DNA from: Macrostomum lignano
Lineage: Eukaryota
Assembly: GCA_002269645.1 (NCBI GenBank)
Contig: NIVC01003250.1
Location: 1-64,000, forward strand
Direction: 5' to 3'
DNA length: 64,000 nt
Shown: in pieces, positions 1-12,700 of the stretch
How the letters are laid out: each line of letters opens with the position of its first letter
How positions within the stretch are numbered: position 1 is the stretch's first letter
Translations under genes and position numbers: made by a program
Notes under the pieces: model-generated
What the model was told of the DNA's origin: nothing
Databases searched by the model: none
The model's input: only the letters and a program-made list of their open reading frames with translations

Positions 1-697
1 TCACCCGGACGGCGCCATCAAGAAGGAGCCGCTCAACCTGATGTCCTACGTGATGACTCTGTGCCAGAACTACTCGGACCAGAGTGAGCAGTTCGCCCTG
101 GCCCTGTCGAAGAATCAGTGGGTGCTCAAACTGTGCTCAGAGATGCAGAGAGACTGGGCGGATGATCACCTGGCGATAAGCCCGACCTAGTCAATAAACG
201 ACTGGCAGAGTCTCAGCGTGGTGTACAACATGTTGTTCAAGGGCAACAGCGAGATCTTCTTCAACCTGGTCGACTATCACTTTGTTGACACCGCCCAGCC
301 GTATTTGAAATCCGGCAGTGATCGATTCCGCTTCTCCGCCTACCTGGTGCTGGTCTTCAGCTGCAACGAGGAGGAAGCCAGCCGGCTGCTCATTAACGAG
401 AAATCGCTGGTGACCTTCTTAGTCGAAAACCTCAGCTCCGCGCATCGGCACTCTTCCAGGCGGTCTAACGGCTATCACGTGATCGAGCTGGCCAAGTGTG
501 AGTGCTGGTTTGGTCCGAGTTCAGCTGCCTGATCTCACTACATCTCACTTTATCTCAATCAATCTCACTCCTTCATCTCACTTCATCTTACTTCATCTTA
601 GCCCGTCTCATTCGATCTCCTTTCATCTTACTTTCACTCGCTCACAAGCTCTCTCTCTCTCTCTCTCTCTCTTTCCTCTCCTCTCTCTCTCTCTCTC

Positions 698-744
<47 letters not shown>

Positions 745-939
745 TTCTCTCTCTCTAAATCTCTCTCTCTCTAGGTCTCTCTCTTTTTTTCTCTCTCTCT
801 CTTTCTCCCGCTCTCTTTCTATATCTCAACTCATTCTCTCTCACTCTCTCTCACTAGGTCTCAACTCATTCTCTTTCACTCTCTCTCACTAGGTCTCAAC
901 TCATTCTCTCTCACTCTCTCTCACTAGATCTCAACTCAT

Positions 940-1010
<71 letters not shown>

Positions 1011-4000
1011 CTCTCTCTCTCTTTCAATCTCATTTTTTATTAATCGCAATTTTGCATCAAGCTACTATTAGTAGTAAAAAAGATCAAATAAATAACATCA
1101 TAGCAAACTACAAAAAACCTCTAAGCCAGGCGCTTACCAGTTCACAAAGAACGAGGACAACAAGGACATCCTGCTCGAGTGTAAAATTCTGCCTGTGCTG
1201 TCCGACATGCTGCAGTCGCCGCCCGAGCGCAGCGACGAGGTCTCCATGGCGCTGAAGATCATCTTGTCGATGTCTTTCAACTCGGCCTGCTCGTCGAATA
1301 TCAAAGAAATCTGCGGCCCGGAGCTGCGGAGTCTGCGCTCCAATCCGCAGTGGAAATCCAACAGGGACTTGGAGGCGATTCAATACAATACGGAGGAGGT
1401 GTACACCACGGATGGGCCCTTCATTCCCGACGATGACAGTGAGGGTTTTGATTGCCATGGCAAATTTTATTTCCGATTCCTTTCAGCAAATGAGAAGCTT
1501 AGCTTTAACAGCATTCAGATAACTATATTCAATTAGCAGGTGTATTAGAAATACCTTTGACAGGTGGCTACATACCTTAAGCAGGTGTCTAAATACCTTA
1601 AGCAGGTGTCTAAATACCTTTAGTGGGTGTCTAAATACCTTTAGCAGGTGTCTAAATATCTTTAGCAGGTGTCTAAATACCTTTAGCAGGTGTCTAAATA
1701 TCTTTAGCAGGTGTCTAAATACTTTTAAAAGGTGTCTAAATATCTTTAGCAGGTGTCTAAATACTTTTAGAAGGTGTCTAAATACCTTTAGCAGGTGTCT
1801 AAATATCTTTAGCAGGTGTCTAAATACCTTTAGCAGGTGTCTAAATATCTTTAGCAGGTGTCTAAATATCTTTAGCAGGTGTCTAAATACCTTTATCAGG
1901 TGGCTAAATACCTTTATCAGGTGGCTAAATACCTTTAGCAGGTGATTCGATATCAACTCTTTAATTCTCGAGCTGGTAACAAATCTCTTGACAGAAGATT
2001 TATACTACTTACTTTTATACTACTTACTTTCTATACTAATGCATCAATAGTAGATAGTTTTCAGTGCTTAATAAGAGAATTCACCAATCCAGCCTAATTA
2101 ACTTGCGCTTGTGCACAGACGAGCGAGGCGATCTCCGCGATGTGCCGTTGCCAAGGCAACGGTCAGTCAAGCAGAATCTCCAGCTGGGCCAGTCAACTGA
2201 TCTGCCACCGGCGCCGCCGCCGCCGCCCTCAGCGCCGCCCCCGACCGGATCGTCAGCGGCAAAACCGCCACCACCACAACCCACTGGTGCAAGCGCAGCC
2301 GCAGTTGCCCAGCCGCAGGCGCCGGGTTCAGCCGGCGAAACCGCAGGTCACGTGATGATCAGCTATCATCAGCACAGCAGCGGCGAGTTTGTTCGCTGGA
2401 TCTGTCCTCAGTTGAAGGAGCAAAATTTCAAGGCGAGTTTTATTGCTTGTTCTCCTTGGAAATCCGGGTTGCTAATGACTACAGAAGACTTCTGTGTAGA
2501 GCCTGTCTTGGGCTTGTTTTTGAGCACAGTCTATATACTGATTATTATTTATTATGATAAGATTATAACTAATAATTATAGCGTCTCAGCCCTAGCCGGG
2601 CTCTTCCACTAATAATTATATTTGTTAGTTCGATTTTTTATATAAGCACAGTCTATATACTGACACGAAAACTTCAGGTGTCAATATAGATACTATAATA
2701 GCTAACTTGCTAGGCCACTCAGCTAATTTGCGTGTAAGAAGCTACTTGATCAGTTCAGTAGAAAGTCATAAATTGAAGCGTTTTAATGTATTTTTAGAAC
2801 AAGACTAGCCTTCCTATCTTACCCCCCAGTAATCCAGTCTATTTTTTTATATTATTTAACAGGTATGGGTCGACTTCGAGCAGATGCAGGACTCCACGCT
2901 AGATTGCATGGCCAAGGCTGTCGAAGGCTCGGCAGCTGTGCTCATGTGCGTCTGCAAGGGCTACAAGGAGAGCGACTTCTGCCGCATGGGTGCGCAGTTT
3001 GGGGCGGATGATGTCTGATTCTGGGGGCGGATGATGCCTGATTCTGGGGGGCGGATGATGCCTGATTCTGGGGGGGGATGATGTCTGATTCTGGGGGCGG
3101 ATGATGCCTGATTCTGGGGGGCGGATGATGCCTGATTCTGGGGGGCGGATGATGCCTGATTCTAGGGGCGGATGATGCCTGATTCTGAGGGGGCGGATGA
3201 TGTCTGATTCTGGGGGGCGGATGATGCCTGATTCTGGGGGGCGGATGATGTCTGATTCTGGGGGACGCTGGGGGCGGATGATGCCAATTCTGGGGGCGGA
3301 TGATGCTTGATTCTGGGGGGCGGATGATGCTTGATTCTGGGGGGCGGATGATGCCAAATTCTGGGGGGGGCGGATGATGCCTGATTCTGGGGGGGGGGCG
3401 GATGATGCCTGATTCTGGGGGGCGGATGATGCCAATTCTGGGGGGGCGAATGATGCTTGATTCTGGGGGGGCGGATGATGCCTGATTCCGGGGGGGGGGC
3501 GGATGATGCCTGATTCTGGGGGGGGGACGGAATGATGCCTGATTCTGGGGGGGGGATGATGCCTGATTCTGGGGGGGCGGATGATGCCTGATTCCGGGGG
3601 GCGGATGATGCCTGATTCTGGGGGGGGGACGGAATGATGCCTGATTCTGGGGGGGATGATGCCTTAGTCTGGGGGGGGCGGAATGATGCCTGATTCTGGG
3701 GGGGATGATGCCTGATTCTGGGGGGGCGGATGATGCCTGATTCCGGGGGGCGGATGATGCCTGATTCTGGGGGGGGGACGGAATGATGCCTGATTCTGGG
3801 GGGGGATGATGCCTTAGTCTGGGGGGGGGGCGGATGATGTCTGATTTTTTATGATTATTGAAAAAAATTTAAAGAAGAAAAACTATTTTATAAGGTTTTA
3901 ATATTTTTTTGTGGCATCTTATCATAATCACCCCCCCCCCATTTAAAACGGTAAATCTCGCAGAGGCCGAGTACGCGGTGAGGCGGCGGAAGCAGCTGGT

Positions 4001-4445
4001 GCCGCTGCTGCTGGAGCACAAGTACAAGCCTGACGGCTGGCTAGGCTTCATCATGGGCACTCAGCTCTATTACAACTTCAGTCGCAACAAGGAAGAGAGC
4101 TTTGCTAAACTAGTGGGCTACCTGAAGCAGAGTGTGCTCAAGTCTCCGGATGAGTCCATTGCGCCTGTGACTCAGCCGGTGCAGACGGCGACTCCGCCGA
4201 AGCCGCGGCCGCCGCCGGAACCCGCCTACACGAAGTGGACCAGCGAGGAGGTGTTGAACTGGCTGCTGGAGAACAAGCTGCCCAGCCACCTCGAGCCCTT
4301 CAAGCTGGAGGGCCGGCATCTGCTCTTCCTGCTCAAGATGAAGAGTCAAGCGCCTGAGGCGTTTTACAGGCTGCTGGAAAAGAGCCTGCGGCTGACGCTC
4401 TTCCACCAGCTGTACGACTTTGTGGAAGCGTTGGAGCGGCTTTGA
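1..4445 (+). CDS. ARM-like repeat / Pro-rich linker / TIR (TIR_2-type) / SAM-like protein, 5'-truncated by window edge
   Basis: Exons <1-497, 1130-1438, 2119-2432, 2863-2989, 3964-4445 join in phase (1,1,0,1); intron 3 is GC-AG. Spliced TIR: HVMISYHQHSSGEFVRWICPQLKEQNFKVWVDFEQMQDSTLDCMAKAVEGSAAVLMCVCKGYKESDFCRMEAEYAVRRRKQLVPLLLEHKYKPDGWLGFIMGTQLYYNFS. C-terminus WTSEEVLNWLLENKL...LEGRHLLFL is SAM-like. An in-frame TAG at 188-190 interrupts exon 1 (see findings). Confidence 0.85.
530..1025. repeat. (CT)n-rich microsatellite and derived units in intron 1 of the TIR gene
   Basis: Direct inspection: long CT runs plus repeated CTCAACTCATTCTCTCTCACT units. Confidence 0.95.
1549..1945. repeat. 21-nt minisatellite (AGCAGGTGTCTAAATACCTTT), intron 2 of the TIR gene
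   Basis: Tandem units visible; produces the spurious HLLKVFR ORF on the minus strand. Confidence 0.95.
2999..3845. repeat. G-run minisatellite (~23-26 nt, GGGGGCGGATGATGCCTGATTCT), intron 4 of the TIR gene
   Basis: Tandem units with a variable-length G tract. Confidence 0.95.
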
Positions 4446-4796
4446 TTGATAAATTGATTTAAGTATTGATTCCTCGATTGATTGATCGATTGATTGATTG
4501 ATTGATTGATTGACTGATTTATTGATCAATTAATTGATTGATTGGTTGATTGACTGATTAACTGATTGATTGATTAATTAATTGATTGATTGATTAATTG
4601 ATTGATTGATTTATTTATTTATTTATTGATTGATTGATTGATTAATTGATTTATTTATTTATTTATTTATTGATGGACTGATCGATTGACTGATTGATTT
4701 GTTGATTGATTGGTTCATTTATTAATCGATTGATTGATTGATTGTTTGATTGATTGATTGATTGATTGATTAACTGGTTTATTGATTGATTGATTG

Positions 4797-4871
<75 letters not shown>

Positions 4872-4940
4872 AACTGATTGATTGATTAACTGGTTTATTG
4901 ACTGATTGATTGACTGACTGGTTGGCTGATTATCTGGTTA
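4443..4940. repeat. (GATT)n microsatellite starting at the TIR gene stop codon
   Basis: Direct inspection. Confidence 0.95.
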
Positions 4941-5663
4941 ATTAGCAGTCAGACGGATCTGATGACCTATTTGATGCTATTTTGAACTTGCTGTTTTATT
5001 TTGTTAATACTCAAGTCATACTCAAGTATTCTATTGCATTCCACACTTTGTTGCTTTACTATAAACAAAATTTCTCAGCGGATACAGCAAACAACTTTTC
5101 ATGAAATCAGCTTGTCGCTAACAGGGATTTCTTGGAAAAATTAAAAATTGCTATAAATTTCAAAGAGAAAATCCAATGTACCAAAAATGAGTTGTTTGTG
5201 AGTATACCTATTTTTTCTGCATGAGTACTGTATTGTGTTTTAATATGACTTGATATTTATACGTATTGTATGTTTTATCTTGTTAAATCTGCCCTCAATC
5301 TGTCTTTAAAAATTGCTGTAATTGAGATATTTATTTTTTTTAAATCCGTCCACAGCCTTCGGAAAGTGTTTTTATATACGTTTTTATTATCTTTGATATC
5401 TTAGTAAGTTGTATTACCTTTTTGTTATATTAAATTGAACTGCTGGTTAAAACAAATATTTTTGCTATCATTAAGCCGGCAACAGGCGCCTGAGTTTTGA
5501 ACAAGAAATTATCTAGATTATTTATTTACCAAATCTTTCAGAACTTTTGTCCAGATTGTTCAACTGAAACATTGTACGCTCGTACCTACTCAATGGATTG
5601 CTCGTATTTATTAACGGCATTGAGTGCTATCCCTATGTTAAAATTTATCCAACTGTAGTCATA

Positions 5664-6190
5664 AACCCTACCTGAAACCCTACCCCAAATCCTACTCCAA
5701 ACCCTACCTGAAACCCTACCCCAAATCCTATTTCAAAACCTACTCCAAACCCTACTCCAAATCCTACCTCAAAACCCTACCTGAAACCCTACTTCAAACC
5801 CTACTTCAAACCCTACTTCAAACCCTACTCCAAACCCTATCCCAAACCCTATCCCAAACCCTATCTTAAACCCTACCTGAAACCCTAACCCTAAACCTAC
5901 TCCAAACCCTACCTGAAACCCTAACCCTAAACCTACTCCAAACTCTACCCCAAACCCTACTCCAAGCCTTATCCCAAATCCTATCCAGAATCCTATTCCG
6001 AACCCTACCCCAAAGCCAACCACAAAGCCTACCTCAAATCTACCCTTAACTAAACCCCAAACTCTAATCCAACTTCTACTAAAACTACTCCAAACTCTAG
6101 CAACCTTAGCAAGCTAAACCCAACTCTACCCCAAACCCTACCCCAGGCCCAACCCTAGCTCTACCTAAACCCTATTCCAGACTCTATCCA
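5664..6190. repeat. Degenerate C-rich repeat (AAACCCTACC/CTACTCC; includes CCCTAA telomere-like units)
   Basis: Repeated AAACCCTA(C/A) cores of variable spacing. Confidence 0.8.
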
Positions 6191-6217
6191 TGGACAACTG
6201 AAGTAGAAGGAAGTGAA

Positions 6218-6457
6218 ACTCGATATTTTTTAGAAATGAGCTGGAGGCTCGTAAGGAAAGTGTATTTACCGAATCGCCAGTATATTTATACGCTCTCGAG
6301 AAACTGGAGTTATCTCGACCGATTTTGTCTATGGGAAAAACTCATTCGGCGCCATGCGTTCTCTAGATGTAGAGCGCATCAAATGTACTGGAGATAAAAC
6401 GATAAATACGGCGTATGTTTTTTACGGGCCTGCAGCTCATTTCTAAGAAGACCGAGT
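6218..6457. mobile_element. MITE-like element with ~36-bp imperfect terminal inverted repeats
   Basis: Left ACTCGATATTTTTTAGAAATGAGCTGGAGGCTCGTAA (6218-6254) vs reverse complement of right ACTCGGTCTTCTTAGAAATGAGCTGCAGGCCCGTAA (6422-6457). The same end sequence bounds the element at 33846-35102. Confidence 0.7.
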
Positions 6458-6774
6458 GTAGTGTGTAGATGCTGCTTGGCAGGGGGGGGGGTTGGTTATT
6501 ACTGCACTTCTCATGCAACTCCGGTCGAACTTGGTAGATTTAAAGCTTGGCTCTTAACCTCCTAAAGCTTAAATCGTTTGAAGCGGCCTCGTGTCCGAAA
6601 CTAAAGAGGGTCTCAGTGCGCAGACTTTCGGTTAAAATAAGCGTCGAACAGTGCACAATAAAAAACTGTCATTTCTGTGGACTGCGCCCCTCTGGTCTCT
6701 CTCTTCGCCTGTCGCCCGCCTGTTCTGTCAGCTGACCGGTTCGATCCAGTTTTGACTGCCCATTAAATATGGAG

Positions 6775-6822
6775 CCGGGGTCGGCAAACTCCGGCCCGTA
6801 AAGCCTCTCCATCCGGCCCTCG
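6775..6822 (+). mobile_element. hAT/Charlie-like terminal fragment
   Basis: CCGGGGTCGGCAAACTCCGGCCCG...ATCCGGCCC resembles the typical hAT-Charlie end CAGGGGTCGGCAAAC..CGGCCCG; the opposite end was not found. Confidence 0.45.
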
Positions 6823-6889
6823 GGTCCGTTGAAACTTCACAATAGCAATGCGGACCGCTCAAGGTTTGCGTCTCTTTTCAGTTCTCTTC

Positions 6890-7830
<941 letters not shown>

Positions 7831-8855
7831 ATTTCTCATCTCCTCTCCCCTTGGCTTGTCCCATCTTTTCTTTTTTCCTTGCCTCTCCTTTCTCCCCTCT
7901 CTCTTCTCGCAGGCCCGCAGCCATGCGCTAGGTTCTGTATCTGTTCTGGCCCTTCGAAAGTTTTTTCGATAAAAACTGACAATAAATGAGAAACACATCC
8001 TGGAGCTCAAGCCGGAAGCAAAGAAAAAAAAAGATTTTTTCTGAGATCTAAAATCTTATTGACGCATTTTCAAATAACCACCCACAGTCTCGAAAAACTC
8101 CACTGCAAGCTGTTTGCACTAAGCCAGACGCTATTGGCTCCGATCCGACCCTGTGGGTGGACAGGGTGGACAGTCTGAAAAATAGAGTCTGTATAAAGAA
8201 GATGAAAAAGACACACGGGCAAGAAAGTGGCTTCATGCAGATTGCTTTCATTGTGCGCACAGAAGCTGGCAGCTCTATATTTATTCTGCCAATAGCAAAG
8301 CAAACTGCGAGGTGAGGTGTGTCTGCCAGCGTCTCTTCCATAGCTTTAGCCTTGCTGCTTTAAAGATGGCCTGCAGGTACAGCAAAGAATCAGAAGCTGG
8401 GAGGACGCGTTGCTAGAATGACAGAATCCATCGATGTTGTGTGGTAAGCGATTAAAGTGCATTTTCATTCGCTAATTACATTTGCTAAAATATTATTTGA
8501 AGTTGATTTTGTGTGGAATTTTGAGTTTGTGACTAAAGATAGTTAGTAAGCTGTTGAGGTACAGTATCCAAAGGGGCCGTTTGCAAAATTGCGCATAGAG
8601 AAACGTTTGCCAAACAGCAGTGGAACTTTTGCATTAGTACAGATTTAGACCTCTGGGCGAGGCCGCTAATGCTTATCTAATTGGCAAAGATAAGCCTGCG
8701 TCATTATGTACTCAGACCGTATAATTTGGGCACAATTATGTAAACTGAAGCAACTAGCTAATGAATGTTACATTGATTTTTGAACTTTGCACTCTTGTTA
8801 ATATCCTTGAGTTTTCTTGGGTGTGTAGCCAGTGACAGAATGAGACTCTGTGAGA

Positions 8856-9125
8856 GTGCACCTCGAGTGAGCTAGCGGGAATCAGGGATGTGACGCATCC
8901 GTGTGTGCACCTCGAGTGAGCTAGCGGGAATCAGGGATGTGACGCATCCGTGTGTGCACCTCGAGTGAGCTAGCGGGAATCAGGGTTGTGACGCATCCGT
9001 GAGTGCACCTCGAGTGAGCTAGCGGGAATCAGGGATGTGACGCATCCGTGAGTGCACCTCGAGTGAGCTAGCGGGAATCAGGGATGTGACGCATCCGTGT
9101 GTGCACCTTGAGTGAGCTAGCGGGA
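8856..9125. repeat. 49-nt tandem repeat, ~5.5 copies, upstream of NCKX
   Basis: GTGCACCTCGAGTGAGCTAGCGGGAATCAGGGATGTGACGCATCCGTGT; unit starts at 8856 and 8905. Confidence 0.95.
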
Positions 9126-9712
9126 AACCACCAGAATGCTCCGTGTGTGAACACTGAAGACAGTCCGCTGTACAAGTAATACATCGACGCTTGCAGTTAG
9201 AAAATTCATTGCTCTGTCAATATTTCTATTGAAGCGTTCCAACCCTGAAATTTGCGAGTTTCCCATATGCCCGCTATTCTGTTCTTTCTGCTCTGCCTCC
9301 ACCTCCGTATGGGAAAAACAGAGACGGGAAACCCCCAATTCTCTCTTCTCTCCTCCCCCTCCTGCTACAAAACTGGGGTATTTAGATTTCAGCTTTTCCA
9401 TTCGCCCGAATCCGCTTCCCCTACCCCCCCCTTCCGCCACTGCCCACCCCACCTCCGCAGACGTTTAGCCAAATAGAGACAACTGAGCTGAATGCTCAGG
9501 AGAGTGGCTGGGTCGGGGTCGATCAGTCCAGTTTGATACATTTCTCTGAGTTGAGTCGTCAGCTACTCAGAGGAGACCCTGTTTAATTGCTTTGAGCTTG
9601 TTTACTGCACCTCGTTGCAGCTTCTCATCCGCTGCATCGCTCTGGATTTTAAACTTACAGACATCGGCATCAACGTCGAGTTCTGAGTCGTCTCGGATTT
9701 TCGACCGTTGTC

Positions 9713-12700
9713 ATGGCAACTATTAAAAAACTAACGCGACGGCAACGCAGGTGGCGAACCGCAGCGGCGACTGCCGTAGCCACGGTTGCATCAGTCGGAG
9801 TAACCGGCTGGTTCGCTGTTGCCATGGCGATTGATGGCCTAGCAACTGCTCGATTGGCGGGTGAGTTAATTGCTTCGATTGCTACGTGGTTATGACCTGA
9901 CCGGAGCCACGTTGCTACCTGGTTATGACCTGACCGGAGCCATGTTGCTACCTGGTTATGACCTGACCGGAGCCACGTTACTACCTGGTTATGACCTGAC
10001 CGGAGCCATGTTGCTACCTGGTTATGACCTGACTGGAGCCATGTTGCTACCTGGTTATGACCTGACCGGAGCCATGTTGCTACCTGGTTATGACCTGACC
10101 GGAGCCACGTTACTACCTGGTTATGACCTGACCGGAGCCATGTTGCTACCTGGTTATGACCTGACTGGAGCCATGTTGCTACCTGGTTATGACCTGACCG
10201 GAGCCATGTTGCTACCTGGTTAGGACCTGACCATAGCCACGTTGCTACCTGGTTAGGACCTGACCGGAATTATGTTGCTGTACTTTAACAAGGAAGATAA
10301 AGAAGCAGATAATTAGGTGTGTTCTTCGAGTGATTAGGTTTAGTGTAGTTCAGACACATTCGAAGGTTTTAACAAAATACTTGTCGTCATTTAAAAGCCA
10401 CTGTTTGCTGGCTAATTGTAAGTTATCGTATGTTATATCGATTCCCTGGGCAAAATAACTTTTAGAAGAAGAATTCTCTTCCTAAAACTGAGAGACAAAC
10501 TGACTAGCCATGGAAATAAATTATGGGGACAGAATTTTCTCGAGGCAAAGAAAATCGATTAGTAGCTGTTGTGTAGCTGTAACAGTCGTCTGATCTGACA
10601 ATCAAGTCGTTCTTCAGGAGTCACGGTTTTTCTGGATTGGGGGCTGAGGAGCAGAAGATCAAACACGCAGAACCCTGCATTTTCATAAAACTGTGTAAGC
10701 TGACTGAATGTAGTTTTAAAGTTTACACACAATTGATAAGTGCCTTCGAGGCTCGGCATCAGGTTTTACAAAATTTATAATACCCCCGTCCATTTCCCCC
10801 CGTCCAACTACAAAGGGGGGAATCCCCCTGACAATTGTTTTGCTGCGCCGGAACGGAGCAACGCAGGCACACGAAATTCCAAGAACTCGAACTAACCCTT
10901 TGTTGCGCACCTTCTCAAACAAGACCAAGTTGCCAGCCTTTCGGACTGTCGAGATATTCGACGATTCTCCCCGAAGGTCGGATTTCTCCCATAAGCGCTT
11001 GTGTATTCAGTACACCCCTGTGCGCCAATTAGCACTGCGCCTCAGTGCAGCCTTGCCAAGCCTCCAAATTTCATCAGTACGTAGACCACATGTGTCTGCA
11101 TCAGCTCTGACTTCGTTGATAACTGGCTTTCACCCGGGTGGAGCTTCTGGACCTTCAACAGGCGGCACCAGGTGACAGGCCGTATGGACACTGTTGTGAT
11201 TTTTCTTATCAAGCTACAGGGTGTACATAGTCACCTGGTGCCATCTGTTGAAGGTGCCGACAGCGTCGGGGTGATGACTAAATGCTTGAGAGACTAGCTG
11301 AGGATGTCCAGCAGTTGATTTTGCCCACCGTCGAGTCTTGATCAGCGAAACTCGAGAAATTTGCATCAGATTTTCCAGTCAGGTATCTGTGAGGTACAAT
11401 ATCCCTGAGGTACATTATCCCTGAGGTACATTATCCCTGAGGTACATTATCCCTGAGGTACATTATCCCTGAGGTACATTATCCCTGAGGTACATTATCC
11501 CTGAGGTACATTATCCCTGAGGTACATTATCCCTGAGGTACATTATCCCTGAGGTACATTATCCCTGAGGTACATTATCCCTGAGGTACATTATCCCTGA
11601 GGTACATTATCCCTGAGGTACATTATCCCTGAGGTACATTATCCCTGAGGTACATTATCCCTGAGGTACATTATCCCTGAGGTACATTATCCCTGAGGTA
11701 CATTATCCCTGAGGTACATTATCCCTGAGGTACATTATCCCTGAGGTACATTATCCCTGAGGTACATTATCCCTGAGGTACATTATCCCTGAGGTACATT
11801 ATCCCTGAGGTACATTATCCCTGAGGTACATTATCCCTGAGGTACATTATCCCTGAGCTAAATTATCCCTGAGGTACATTATCCCAGAGCTAAATTATCC
11901 CAGAGCTAAATTATCCCTGAGCTAAATTATCCCTGAGCTAAATTATCCCTGAGCTAAATTATCCCTGAGCTAAATTATCTCTAATGTAAATTACCCCTGA
12001 GGTAAATTACCCCCGAGGGAAGTTATAACTGTCGAAAAATGATCTGCAGATGCTAATATCCCCATCGCTTCACAGGAGGCGATGGCAGTCTCGAAGCCGC
12101 CACCTCGCTGGGCAGTCGCCACCTGCTCAGCCTGCCGCAGCTGGCCCCTAGCAACGCCTGCACACCCCGCTCCATCGAGAACTTCCCGCCCGATCTGTTC
12201 AGCTTGGCTGACAAGCGGCGCGGCGCCGTGGCGCTGCACGGCCTCGCCGCACTGTGGCTGTTTGCCGGCCTCGCCATCGTCTGCGACGACTATTTTGTGG
12301 CGTCGCTGGAGGTGCTGTGCGAAGGTGAGCAAACAATTCTAACCCTGGTCCACATTAATCCACCGAGACCCACATGAATCCCGAGACCCACACGAATCCA
12401 CTGAGACCCACATGAATCCACCGAGACCCACATGAATCCCGAGACCCACACGAATCCACCGAGACCCACATGAATCCACCGAGACCCACATGAATCCTAA
12501 GACCCACACGAATCCACCGAGACTGAATCACACAAATCCTTCTTAAACCAACATAATTCAGCTCATATCCACACGAATCCACCTAGTCCACGCGGTCCCT
12601 CATGAATCCATTTCGCCTCGCTTAAACCGACCCAAGCTCACATAAATCCACTCTGACCCAATGAAATCTACCTATAGATCTACCAAAATTTACGTAGACC

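Noticed and set aside
176-208. 33-nt mini-intron removing the TAG in the TIR gene
   Set aside because: It would need an AT donor with an AG acceptor, which is non-canonical; the compensating-indel explanation fits better.
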